This document shows, piece after piece, positions 1 through 12,608 of a stretch of 64,000 nucleotides of DNA. The stretch spans positions 1 through 64,000 of the forward strand of contig NIVC01002286.1 in assembly GCA_002269645.1 (NCBI GenBank), read 5' to 3'. The first letter of the stretch is position 1. Each line of letters opens with the position of its first letter. This stretch comes from Macrostomum lignano (lineage: Eukaryota). The position numbers and the translations under genes were made by a program. The notes beneath the pieces are model-generated. The model was given only the letters and a program-made list of their open reading frames with translations. It was not told the DNA's origin and did not search any database.

Positions 1-224
1 GCCTTAGTTTCTCGCTTAAAGGATAGGATGCAGCTACTGCAGCCGCTGAATAACACAAAAGACGTACAGAATCGCTTTGAATGAGTAAATAATATTAACT
101 ATATATTTTTAACGATTCTAGCTCTACTTCAGATAATAAATATTTAATGGTTTAAATAACATCTTGGACAGCTTGTCTGGTGCAGCAGAGCATGAATGTT
201 TTTACAAGGGCAGTAAATCGATTG

Positions 225-1535
225 TCAATATGCAAATATAATGGTCAATTTTCTACACCAATTGTAAATAATTAAGTTTGAAAAGTTCAAAATCTGCCTA
301 GTTGTTCTCGATTCAACAAAAACTCTCTGGAATGTCAAATCTCGAGATTCTTGGAGGCGCACTCTTTCGCACCTCTGGCGATGAGTCTGAAGATTGCCGC
401 GGCCCCGAGCGCGTAGACGCAGTGTTATCGAATTCGCGTCAGCTGGGTCAGTGCGCCGCTCTTCATGCTGTTCTGGAATGCTTTCATGGCGACTCGTCGG
501 ATTTTGTTCGCCAACTAAGGAGGCCAGCTTTCGAAACCGCTCGCTCTGGTTGCCATCCGCGCCAGCTTCAGTTGGCAACGCTGTGCTGATAAGCTCTTTC
601 GACGTGGCGAAAATTGACAGCAAAATGTCCTCGCATTTTTCCCCGGCCAAGTACCGTCTCAGTGCGTCGAGTATCGGAACAGAGTCGTTCGATGACGCAA
701 CATTGCCGACTTCTTCCGAGCTTCCAGCCACGTCAGCCAGGTCTGTTAAATTGAGGGTTGCGCTGTTCCGCAGATCTGGTTGGGTTTGCGAAGATGCGTG
801 ACTGCGGTCGGTGGCAGCTTGTTGCATCTGGAGACGGGTGTCTGTGGTTCTGCTTTTCATATAACAGCTCTAGATGCAAGTGGCAACTGTCCTTGCAGTG
901 ACACTCCAGCTCCTGCCTGCAGCCGGTCCAATTGCAACCGGAGCTAGAAAATTTGCATGCGATCGGAGCTCGGGGACACGGCGACGCCAGGTGAGCAAGG
1001 AACTCCGGTCGGTTCAGCGGACCAGCGCTGTCACAGTGCGGACACAAGGCTCTAAACTTGCTACAGCAGCTTTCGAGCGCAGGTTTTTGTGATGGCTGGT
1101 CAATCGGTACAGCGGCACTTCTTGCTCACAAAGATCACATTCGGTCAGTTCGAACTTGCACTCAGTTTTCAAGTGATTGTCGACATGTTTTCTCGCACAG
1201 GTGTGCTCGCAGCCGCGACTCTTGTTCGGACAGCTGACAGTCAAGTTGTTGACTTCACGGCGCGTGGCCGTGTCTGGAAGGTAGGGCGTCAGACGAAGAC
1301 TCAGGCAATCGCCGGGCTGATCGTCTTCGCCGCAGGGGCAGTGGTTGGCGACGTCGCGTTGCCGTTTCCATTCGGTGGCGCAGGCCGTGCACAGGCGGCA
1401 CCCGTGCCAGGTTTGGTAGCAGTTGACCGCGATGCCTTTGCACTGTTGGCATTTCAAGTGTTCGGCAACTCTCGATCCTTCCGCCAGATCCGCCGCGGCC
1501 GCTCTTTCAGAGACCTCTTGTGGTTCGAAATCCAT
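225..1535 (-). pseudogene. TRAF-like RING + TRAF-type zinc-finger gene interrupted by two frameshifts (pseudogene or assembly indels); no MATH/TRAF-C domain visible
   Basis: From the ATG at 1535 (MDFEPQ): RING-like CQQC..QTWHGCRLCTAC..CPC, then a TRAF linker (PDTATRREVNNLTVSCPNKSRGC) and zinc finger CKFELTECDLC. The next finger (CPHC..HLASPCPRAPIACKFSSSGC..HLELL) is in another frame (ORF 733-1047), and the tail is ORF 225-860. The shifts fall near homopolymers at 1084-1088 and 836-838. A possible 5'UTR exon donor (GTAAGT) lies at 3369. Confidence 0.7.
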
Positions 1536-2550
1536 GCAATAGATTGTTGAAGGAAAAACTCGCTTGCAAAACTTGCAAAACTGATTTTGCAAATATTTTC
1601 GCAGAGGCAATTCCACGAAATTTCCACGGACTTGCCTTTTTCATTGTGCATAGCAGCAGTGCAAACCCTGGGACGGTGCGCCTAAGAATTCGTGCAAGTG
1701 CAGGAGCACTGGCTTGCGTGCGTCTTATCATAATCGTCATTCTCTGACTAACTATTGCACTCTTTCATTCTGCAAATGCGTCAAAGCAAGTAGCCTTTTG
1801 TGTCTGGGTGAAAGCAAAATACAGAGTTTTGCGAATCCAATATAGCTATCTGGAGCTTGCCCTGGAGACAGGAAAATTCTGTGGTCAAAATAGCCACTAT
1901 TGAGAATTGACAAGTTCAGTGCCAGCTGAGTGCAAAGCCCGCGAACACGAGAGACAAGTGCCTAGGCTCCAGATCAAATTTTGCTGTCAGTGACACTCTC
2001 GTTGCGTGGACTATTTATTTTAAGCCCAATTTTGCTTACGGTAAATTATCGGCATAATAACTAACCTACATTTACTAAGAAAGCACTGAGCACACATCAT
2101 TTTAGTTTTGTTAGAGGCAGGGGGCTGTGTACACCCTTTGCGCCTTTGCGCACGTTGTCACATAACCGGCAAGAGGCATTACTGCCCATCCGCCGACTCC
2201 CCTGAGCAGGCACACAAGCGCGTTGGATACATACCCAGTCATACGCACAGGCACACACTCACACAGGAGTGTACAGCGGCCCTGACTTTATTTATCCTTA
2301 GGCATGTACACTTCACGGTGCCTCGGGGAGGGGGTTTAGGCGTTAAGGGCGTTAATTGCACGAGTAGAGCCCTGCCGGGATTCCAATACAGCCCCAACTT
2401 AATGTGGCTGCACTTTGAATCGAGCCTGGCCTGCTGGCACATCAGAGCGGACATTTTCCAGACAGACATTTCGTGATGTTGCATTGATGTTGCAACAAGG
2501 TAACTCCTTGTTGACCATTGTTGCTGGGTTAGGGCCCATGCTTTTTATTG

Positions 2551-2759
2551 TTAGTTCGAGAGAAAAAAAACACTTTCTTTATTTTAGTCTACTAACAGTA
2601 GACAGTTTGAAATTAAGTAGTTAGTTCGAGAAAAAAAACACTTTCTTTATTTTAGTCTACTAACAGTAGACAGTTTGAAATTAAGTAGTTAGTTCGAGAG
2701 AAAAAAAAACACTTTCTTTATTTTAGTCTACTAACAGTAGACAGTTTGAAATTAAGTAA
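2551..2759. repeat. Tandem triplication, ~70-bp unit containing the hairpin GTCTACT-AAC-AGTAGAC
   Basis: TTAGTTCGAG recurs at 2551, 2621 and 2689; the copies differ only in A-run length. Confidence 0.9.
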
Positions 2760-5351
2760 AATCCAACACTCAAATTGAGCTGCAATCTTGTACTCTGGAT
2801 TTGAAACGTAGGTTTAGTTAACCTCTCACAGTTTGTAATCGCGCATGGCAAATGCGCGCAATAATTCCAATTTTTAATAATAAATTTTACGTTTCCAGGC
2901 ATATTAAGACTGAATAGTTGCCTTTAGAGATAACACGGTTAATGCCATGTATTTATGAACATATTCAAGATAAATGATCTTGATCCACTGTTTTGATAAG
3001 TTCTACAATCAAGTTGGTATAAATGTTGGATAGCAGGCATGGTAGGCATGGGAAAGAGGATATATTGAGATACATGTATTAGATCATAATACAGATTGCA
3101 GGACCTGGTTAAGAATAAGGCTCAGGTATCACAACGATATGTAACAGATCCACACAGATGTTTTAGCAAATCAATGATGATGTAATACTGGTGCTGCACT
3201 TCAATGACTCCAAAGTAGCTCACCTGCTGCAGTCCACCTGAGTGTGTTGATCTCAGTTAAGTCTTTATCATATTAACAACAATTACAGTCCGAGCTCAGC
3301 CTACTCAGGTGGTTAAGAGCTTAGCACAGGATTAATGCTGTCTTATACAATTTCTCAAATTCAACTTACCGCATTAAATTTTTGAATTTTTTTATTTCTT
3401 TTACTGGAACGCTGGATGGTCGGGCGGGCAGAATTTAGAAATTTTATTTATATAGCCGAGAGAGAAGAGCCGCTCTCAGGCTGAGTAAGCTCGGAGCAGC
3501 GAGTGGCCCTTCAGACCCATCTGCGCAGTTTATTGAACTGATTGGGCCAAACTGCTTCGGCCGCCTGAGCCTGGCGCTGCTGCATGGCAGGTGAAGGTGG
3601 GCACTGTTGTGCGTTTCTATGAATGACTAATCCACTGGAGCAGGATTAAAATTGCATTTCAAATGTCAAGGTGCAAGATGCACGTTTTATAAATAGGTCC
3701 TTGATTTTTAAGAATGTTCAAAACTGACTTGGTAACTTTTGAGTGCATCTCTAGAGGCTGTGTTTATCAGACCTTGGTCTGAGTCCATCTATTAAACCTA
3801 CTAAAGCTTTTTAATTTAATTAATTAAAAGCTTATATTTGCATTTACAAAGCATTTTTAGGTAAAACAATTAGTGTCTACGAAAAATGGAGGCATTGGTC
3901 AATTCGCAGGCAAGCTTAGGCAGTAGATTACATATAGACAAGTTACACATTTGTCTTTTCAAGTTGCTATAATATTCATATGTTTTCTATTCGTATAACA
4001 CGCCTACATAGAATGGGGTACTCTGTTGACACCTGAGACCTAAAATCTACATGTATGGTAATAACTGTCTGAAGTCCAGAACACGTAACACTAACTATGG
4101 ATGAAGGAAGTAACGGATTGCTAGCCTATAGTCGTTTTCGGTGTCAAGCGTGTGACCTTCCTACTTTTGCTTTGTTCTTTTGCTTCCTTTATCTATGGGC
4201 AAGAATTTATAGTTCTCACGGCGTAACACCACGGATTAAAAAAAGAAATGGATCCGCTGGAAGCTCCAGGCCAGTTTAGTATAACATATTACAGCGTCAT
4301 TCGATTTCTTTGGCCCGACAATTGTATTAACACCACTACCTGCTGGTGGCGTTAATCTGAGAGCATGGAAGATTTTCCTCTTCTCTCACTGCGGTCGATC
4401 ATTCTTTCTTGAGCTCTCTTTAGTCTATGGTCCATCCTGAATGTCTGTATTAGTTTTGCTTTTGTCAGCCAACAAGAGGAGAATTCCTATTTGGCAGCAG
4501 TAGATTTGGCCTTGCCCATAGACAGAAAAATACAAACCAAAGTTGATAATTCAGCCATAGACATCTGCTGTTGAAAGATGCCAGCAGCCAGGGGCGTCGC
4601 TGTGGATTTTATGGTTGGGGGGGGACAAGCCAAGAACTCTTCATGTACATAACATGTACATTTTTTAGAATCGGTGTTCTTAGCACTCATTTTGGCGCCG
4701 AAGGCGCTATATTATGGCGCCCTGAAGCAAAGTTATTGATTTACACAATGGGTCCCAATGTGGGTTGGGTGGGGGACTCTCAGTTTTCGAAACTGTTATT
4801 GAAATAATGCTTAAATATCGATGTCCATGCAGTAGCTCGTAAATACCAGAATTATCGAATCGCTTGCCATTTTTTCCGTCTACGATGTATGACATTTTAG
4901 CGAAACAATTACATCCTCTTGCTGACTCAGACGGACAAAATGCGAATTACTGTCCCCATGGCCCACCAGAGAGCGACCAGTTCGCACTAAGCTCGTAACT
5001 ATGATAAGCTGGTGAAAAATGCCGCAGGTGCAGTCGTAAATTTAGACCCACGCTGCGCAATTCAATAATTAATTTATAAGCAATCCTTTTAGACAATTTG
5101 CTGTGCCAATCTGTATTTTGTGAGTTTTCAAATACATTGATCCAATTTCGAGTGGCAGAAAATATGCGTCAGGAATTTTATCGCACATAACTGTAGAAGC
5201 TACGCACGAGGAACACGCTGGGCTGCGAAATTGAATTCTTTTGTATTGAGAATTCATTCTTTGCCGGGAGCAATGCAGATGGCCAGCAGAGCCAGTGCTG
5301 AGGCAATTAAATCAGTTTTTTAAACTGGCACTGTCTTCTCAGAATCATAGA

Positions 5352-7165
5352 CTCTGATTCAGCACACTACAGATCTGATTCAGCACACTGCAGATCTGAT
5401 TCAGCACACTGCAGATCTGATTCAGCACACTGCAGATCTGATTCAGCACACTGAAGATCTGATTCAGCACTGCAGATCTGATTCAGCACACTTCAGATCT
5501 GATTAAGCACTGCAGATCTGATTCAGCACACTGCAGATCTGATTCAGCACACTGCAGATCTGACTCAGCACACTACAGATCTGATTCAGCACAGTGTAGA
5601 TGTGATTCAGCACACTGCAGATTTGACTCAGCACACTACAGATGATTCAGCACACTGCAGATGATTCAGCACAGTGTAGATGTGATTCAGCACTCTGCAG
5701 ATCTGATTCAGCACACTACAGATGATTCAGCACACTGCAGATGATTCAGCACACTGCAGATCTGATTCAGCACACTGCAGATCTGACTCAGCACACTGCA
5801 GATCTGATTCAGCACACTGCAGATCTGATTCAGCACACTACAGATCTGATTCAGCACTCTGCAGATCTGATTCAGCACACTACAGATCTGATTCAGCACA
5901 CTGCAGATCTGATTCAGCACACTGCAAATCTGATTCAGCACACTGAAGATCTGATTCAGCACACTGCAGATCTGATTCAGCACACTGAAGATCTGATTCA
6001 GCACTGCAGATCTGATTCAGCACACTTCAGATCTGATTAAGCACTGCAGATCTGATTCAGCACACTGCAGATCTGATTCAGCACACTGCAGATCTGACTC
6101 AGCACACTGCAGATCTGATTCAGCACACTACAGATCTGATTCAGCACAGTGTAGATGTGATTCAGCACTCTGCAGATCTGATTCAGCACACTACAGATGA
6201 TTCAGCACACTGCAGATGATTCAGCACACTGCAGATCTGATTCAGCACACTGCAGATCTGACTCAGCACACTGCAGATCTGATTCAGCACACTGCAGATC
6301 TGATTCAGCACACTACAGATCTGATTCAGCACACTGCAGATCTGATTCAGCACACTACAGATCTGATTCAGCACACTGCAGATCTGACTCAGCACACTGC
6401 AGATCTGATTCAGCACACTGCAGATGATTCAGCACACTGCAGATCTGATTCAGCACACTGCAGATCTGACTCAGCACACTGCAGATCTGATTCAGCACAC
6501 TACAGATCTGATTCAGCACACTACAGATCTGATTCAGCACACTACAGATCTGATTCAGCACACTACAGATCTGATTCAGCACACTACAGATCTGATTCAG
6601 CACACTGCATATCTGATTCAGCACACTACAGATCTGATTCAGCACACTGCAGATCTGATTCAGCACACTACAAATCTGATTCAGCACACTACAGATCTGA
6701 CTCAGCACACTGCAGATCTGATTCAGCACACTACAGATCTGATTCAGCACACTGCAGATCTGATTCAGCACACTACAAATCTGATTCAGCACACTACAGA
6801 TCTGACTCAGCACACTGCAGATCTGATTCAGCACACTACAGATCTGATTCAGCACACTGCATATCTGATTCAGCACACTACAGATCTGATTCAGCACACT
6901 GCAGATCTGATTCAGCACACTGCAGATCTGATTCAGCACACTGCATATCTGATTCAGCACACTACAGATCTGATTCAGCACACTGCATATCTGATTCAGC
7001 ACACTACAGATCTGATTCAGCACACTGCAGATCTGATTCAGCACACTACAAATCTGATTCAGCACACTACAGATCTGACTCAGCACACTGCAGATCTGAC
7101 TCAGCACACTACAGATCTGATTCAGCACACTGCAGATCTGATTCAGAACTGCAGATCTGATTCAG
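5352..7165. repeat. 21-bp minisatellite (GATCTGATTCAGCACACTGCA)n
   Basis: Directly visible periodicity; produces the spurious IQHTADL/LNQICSV ORFs. Confidence 0.97.
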
Positions 7166-7749
7166 CACCGTGCAAATCTTATGCAGACCTTACCGCTGAA
7201 AAGAACCGAGTCAAAGTCTCAGATTCCAAACCAGATACTTCTATGCAAAAACTCAGTCCATGCAAAGTGCCAACAAGTTGGTGAATTATATATTATTATT
7301 AATATTTACGCTTGCATCATCAAAAAAAGAAAACTTAGCCAGTCACAAACCGACCGAAATAACAAAGAAAAACACATTTAAATTTAAAAGTACACGAGAA
7401 AAAATACAAGGGCATTGCAGAGGCCACCCTGTAAGATGGAGGGCCTCTATGCTAAAAAATTAATTTGCACATTACGAATTCCTACAAAGCGCATCAATCA
7501 GGACTGCTCAGCAATGTGTACAGGAGAATTGCTTTCAATCAGCTTGGGCGCAAAAAACATGATTAGAAATTTGCGCAAGTGTTAACTTGGCTACTAGCAG
7601 AAAGTAGTGTGGTTGGAGTAGTACGCTCGTATAGGTAGGACATGCATAACGGTAAATTAGTCATTTCTTAAATTTACGCGTATTAACGAGAATGAGAGAA
7701 ATTACTGATAAAATAGACTGCTATTTTCACCTACTTTGCTTGCTTCTTG

Positions 7750-8866
7750 TTGTCACTCCTAACCCAATCTGCAAGGATTGTGTCACTCCTAACCCAATCT
7801 GCAAGGATTGTGTCACTCCTAACCCAATCTGCAAGGATTGTGTCATTCCTAACCCAATCTGAGAGGATTGTGTCACTCCTAACCCAATCTGCAAAGATTG
7901 TGTCACTCCTAACCCAATCTGAGAGGATTGTGTCACTCCTAACCCAATCTGCAAAGATTGTGTCACTCCTAACCCAATCTGCAAGGATTGTGTCACTCCT
8001 AACCCAATCTGCAAGGATTGTGTCACTCCTAACAAAATCTGCAAGGATTGTGTCACTCCTAACCCAATCTGCAAGGATTGTGTCACTCCTAACCCAATCT
8101 GCAAAGATTGTGTCATTCCTAACCCAATCTGCAAAGATTGTGTCACTCCTAACCCAATCTGCAAGGATTGTGTCATTCCTAACCCAATCTGAGAGGATTG
8201 TGTCACTCCTAACCCAATCTGCAAAGATTGTGTCACTCCTAACCCAATCTGCAAGGATTGCGTCATTCCTAACCCAATCTGCAAAGATTGTGTCACTCCT
8301 AACCCAACCTGGTAGGATTGTGTCACTCCTAACTCAATCTGGGAGGATTGTGCCACTCCGAATTCAACCTGGGAGGATTGTGTCACTCCTAATCCAATTT
8401 GGGAGGATTGCGTCACTCCTAATCCAATTTGGGAGGATTGTGTCACTCCTTACCCAATTTGGGAGGATTGTGTCACTCCTTACCCAATTTGGGAGGATTG
8501 TGTCACTCCTTACCCAATTTGGGAGGATTGTGTCACTCCTTACCCAATTTGGGAGGATTGTGTCACTCCTTACCCAATTTGGGAGGATTGTGTCACTCCT
8601 TACCCAATTTGGGAGGATTGTGTCACTCCTTACCCAATTTGGGAGGATTGTGTCACTCCTAACCCAATCTGGGAGGATTGTGTCACTCCTTACCCAATTT
8701 GGGAGGATTGTGTCACTCCTAACCCAATCTGGGAGGATTGTGTCACTCCTAACCCAATCTGGGAGGATTGTGTCACTCCTTACCCAATTTGGGAGGATTG
8801 TGTCACTCCTTACCCAATTTGGGAGGATTGTGTCACTCCTAACCTAATCTGGGAGGATTGTGTCAT
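7750..8866. repeat. 30-bp minisatellite (GTGTCACTCCTAACCCAATCTGCAAGGATT)n
   Basis: Columns align at 30-nt period in the sequence listing; the variant drifts to ..CCCAATTTGGGAGGATT at the right end. Confidence 0.97.
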
Positions 8867-9387
8867 TTAATCCACTCTGAGAGGCTTGAGTCAGTCCTAG
8901 CCCATAGTGACAGATTACCAAAAACCAAAGTAACGCGAATCTGTCATAATAATTCACACGCATGAATGCCATTCGGTTTCGCATAGAAGTATGGCAACAA
9001 AAAATCGAAGCGAGCAAGCACGGCAGACTACTATCAGTGCTATCACGACAACAAAAAAAGAAATTGAAGCGCACGTCTGTACAGAAACCAATCGGTGTAA
9101 GCTGCGGAGATGGAGAAGAGAATAGGAGAGATTGACACAAATATTGCGCAGATGGCTACCAACACATATATTGCTAACAGTAGGCTGATTAGAACATATT
9201 GCAAAACATCCTTCAAACTGCCGCACAGCCGACTTTTGGACATCAATAGAAGGCGCTACTCTCTCTCTCCCCCCCCCCTCTCTCTGAAAGACTGCGCAGC
9301 CCCGACAAGCAGTTGGTAAGCAAGCTTGAACGCCGCATTATCAGTCTAGTCTAGGTCAAGATCGGGTCAGAATAAAGGCCAAAGCTC

Positions 9388-10282
9388 TCAGGAGTACTTC
9401 TGCACGTAGTTATAGGGGAAAACCCCCCGCCGGCCGTCCTGGGTCTGGCCGAGCCACCAGCTGTCATCCTCCCTGCCCAGCACGGTGATGATGTCGTTCT
9501 GACGGAACCGCAGCTCGTCCGGGTCCTGCGGATTGAAGTCGAACAGGGCGATGACCTGCTGGGGCATTGGGGCGGGGCCCGGGGCCGGCGCCGGCGAGGG
9601 CTCGCTGGAGTCGGTCACCATGTCCCGGAGCAGCATGGTCTGGTTGGTTTGGCTCACCGAGTGAGTCCGATGGTGCTGAATGATTTTATTGATGCTGTCA
9701 AACTTGCTGTACCACAGGTAGTACTGGTTCCTCTCGTCTTTCAGCACCTGCGGGCAAGCGGGCCGATGGTTCAATTGCGTCAGTCACAGCATATCTAGCC
9801 CAGTGCCAGCCAATCACAGCATATCTAGCCCAGTGCCAGCCAATCACAGCATATCTAGCCCAGTGCCAGCCAATCACAGCATATCTAGCCTAGTGCCAGC
9901 CAATCACAGCAACGGTAGCCCAGTCTCAGCTCACCTTAAAATGCTGCACCTGACCGCCGTACTTGACGCTCAGGCTGAAGTCGGGCGCGGTTGTCTCGCT
10001 AGTGCGCACTAGGAAGGCGCCGTCGGGCTGCACGTAGCCGCCCCGGGCGTCCCTCCGCAAAAGAATCTCCTCTGCTTTGGTGCGGCTGCAGTTAGGTACG
10101 TACCAGGAGTGCTCCTGCATCCGCACGTAGTTATTTGGAATGAGGCCGGTGACGCCATTAGCCTCAGCCAGGTACCAGCCGGGGTCCTCTTCCATGCTGA
10201 GAATTTTCAGCACCTGGTTTCGGGTGAACGGCAGCTCGTCCGGGTTGCCAGGATTGAAATCGTGCAGAGCCACAGCTTCCAT
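9388..10282 (-). CDS. GRB2: GRB2/Drk/Sem-5 SH3-SH2-SH3 adaptor, 235 aa; exons 10282-9935 and 9747-9388
   Basis: MEAVALHDF..ELPF..WYLAE..GLIPNNY (SH3), GAFLVRTSE..DFSLSVKYGGQVQHFK|VLKD..YYLW (SH2) and ALFDFNPQDPDELRF..WWLG..GVFPYNYV (SH3). Phase-0 intron GTGAG(9934)...CAG(9748). Confidence 0.96.
9782..9925. repeat. 30-bp minisatellite filling the GRB2 intron (CACAGCATATCTAGCCCAGTGCCAGCCAAT)n
   Basis: About 5 copies inside the 187-nt intron. Confidence 0.92.
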
Positions 10283-10328
10283 GCCTTTGCATGTGGTGAA
10301 CAGGGCAACATAATTTGATACATTGAGA

Positions 10329-11020
10329 AGTTGGGACTGATTTGAGCACTGAGTAGCTAGTTGGGATCAATTTGAGCACTGAGTAGCTAGTTGGGATCAA
10401 GTTGAGCACTGACTAGTTAGTTGGGATCAATTTGAGCACTGACTAGCTACTTGGGATCAATTTGAGCACTGACTAGCTACTTGGGATCAATTTGAGCACT
10501 GACTAGCTACTTGGGATCAATTTGAGCACTGACTAGCTAGTTGGGATCAATTTGAGCACTGACTAGCTAGTTGGGATCAATTTGAGCACTGACTAGCTAC
10601 TTGGGATCAATTTGAGCACTGACTAGCTAGTTGGGATCAATTTGAGCACTTGTTAGCTATTTGAGCACTGACTAGCTATTTGGGATCAATTTGAGGACTT
10701 GTTAGCTATTTGAGCACTGACTAGCTATTTGGGATCAATTTGAGCACTGACTAGCTACTTGGGATCAAGTTGAGCACTGACTAGCTACTTGGGATCAAGT
10801 TGAGCACTGACTAGCTACTTGGGATCAATTTGAGCACTGACTAGCTACTTGGGATCAATTTGAGCACTACTAGCTACTTGGGATCAATTTGAGCACTGAC
10901 TAGCTACTTGGGATCAATTTGAGCACTACTAGCTACTTGGGATCAATTTGAGCACTGACTAGCTACTTGGGATCAATTTGAGCACTACTAGCTACTTGGG
11001 ATCAATTTGAGCACTAGTAC
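10329..11020. repeat. 30-bp minisatellite (TTGGGATCAATTTGAGCACTGACTAGCTAC)n upstream of the GRB2 ATG, probably in a 5'UTR intron
   Basis: Visible 30-nt period; possible acceptor ..TGCAAAG|GCATG just before the ATG. Confidence 0.93.
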
Positions 11021-12608
11021 TAGTATCTTAAAAGATGAATGCAGTAAAAAAATAAGACACGAAAGCAACAGACACGTGAAATAGTAGGATGCATCGCACG
11101 GCAGACAGACAGACAATATGTGTGGTGTTATATTTAGCATGCTCATTCATCGCCAATGGGACGCTGCCGCATAAATATGTATAATTTGATGTATTATGTT
11201 CGTATAGCAAATATTCCTCACTCCAGTTAAGCAGATAAATGCTTACGAAAACAAATACACGGAGCGGGCCATCGGGTGCTGCTTGGGGATTTTGTCTTTA
11301 AAAAAGAAAGTGATAAACAACTCAAATGACGATTCAATATAACGATATAATTATTAATAATAGCTTATTAATATTTGTCGGTTAACTTCAGCCTCCCACA
11401 GACTGCAAGACAGTAGGCTTTAACACAGAGTCTATAAAATTGCTAATAAACAGACACAAACAGTGGCATTAGAAGGGAATGGCTAGCCCGGACACTTTAG
11501 TCGCGCATTGTACTACTCGCTAGTAGCGAAACCGCCGCTATTTTTTCTAATATTAAAAAAACTGTTAGCAAAATTGCATTCCAATACGGCAGAGAATCTC
11601 AATATAAACCTGTAATGTCTTTACACACACGGGGCGCTACTGTATACAGGCAGCGGAGCTGGCGGCGCGCTTCACTCATTTACACGAAGCGCCGGCAGCA
11701 GCAAAGAAGAAAGAGAGAAACAAAGGAGCTGTTTTGGGGGGTTGGGGGGGGAGGAGACGCCAGGCGGACAGGTATAATACAAACCACATATATATAATAT
11801 AAACACATCATACTAGAGCAGCATTTATACATATAAAGCAATTCTTGTTTTGGTTTTCTGCAACAAAAAAATGAGAGAAAAAAGAGAAGAAGATCGAAGT
11901 AAAAACTGCGGGAACAAAAGCTTAGTATTTGCTAGTTTTACTTATTTATACGAAACAACAGAAATATGCGGTGACATCAATTAATCGATGAAATCAAATC
12001 GATCAGTTGAGAATGAGTGACGCGGACTAAACATCGGTCTGGGGCGCGGGCATCGGGCCAGCTGCCCAGCTTGATAACACAGAAGGCGCGCGGGGACCAG
12101 AAGAAGACAATGAGAGAGTGGCTAAGCAAGAGTGTAGCGAATATATGTTTATTACTGTTATCACCTATAGAATTAGTAAATTATTTCACCCAAGCTCTCG
12201 GTGGCTCTGTTCAGATCTTATTCAGCACTACTAAGTATGCTTGCAGTATTCTGTCTATTGTCAAAATAAACTCAAAAAATGTTAAGCTTGAATATACTCG
12301 CACTTTACATAATATACTACTTTTAACAATAAATTGAAGTAGAAAAATCGAGTTCTTATTACGATTTGTATTATAAATTAAAAAAATTAAATTACACAAG
12401 AAAAATCTGATAAATGATTTCTCGATTTGAGGGTTCATATTGTACTATTTAGCATTACTCACGAGTACATATGCACAGATACATGGCCGCACAGGTCGTC
12501 ATCTCACAATACAGGCCCCAACTCCGCTTGCTTTTCAACAGCTATTTCATTACTTTGCATGGGGAGGTGGCGGGGCCGCTGGGTGCAGGGGAGGTTGACG
12601 CGGCGCTC

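Noticed and set aside
2108-2497. Possible solo LTR (TG..CA)
   Set aside because: No target-site duplication, PBS or second copy.
3457-3590. Possible + strand exon (RERRAALRLSKLG..FGRLSLALLHG) with AG/GT ends
   Set aside because: No partner exons or recognisable domain; more likely the CpG-rich promoter/5'UTR of the minus-strand TRAF-like gene.
4590-4800. MITE-like GC patch (AGGGGCGTCGC.., GGCGCCGAAGGCGC)
   Set aside because: No matching right TIR or TSD found.
5708-8847. Long repetitive ORFs (LNQICSV, IQHTADL, LTQSARIVSL)
   Set aside because: Translations of 21- and 30-bp minisatellites; open in several frames on both strands.
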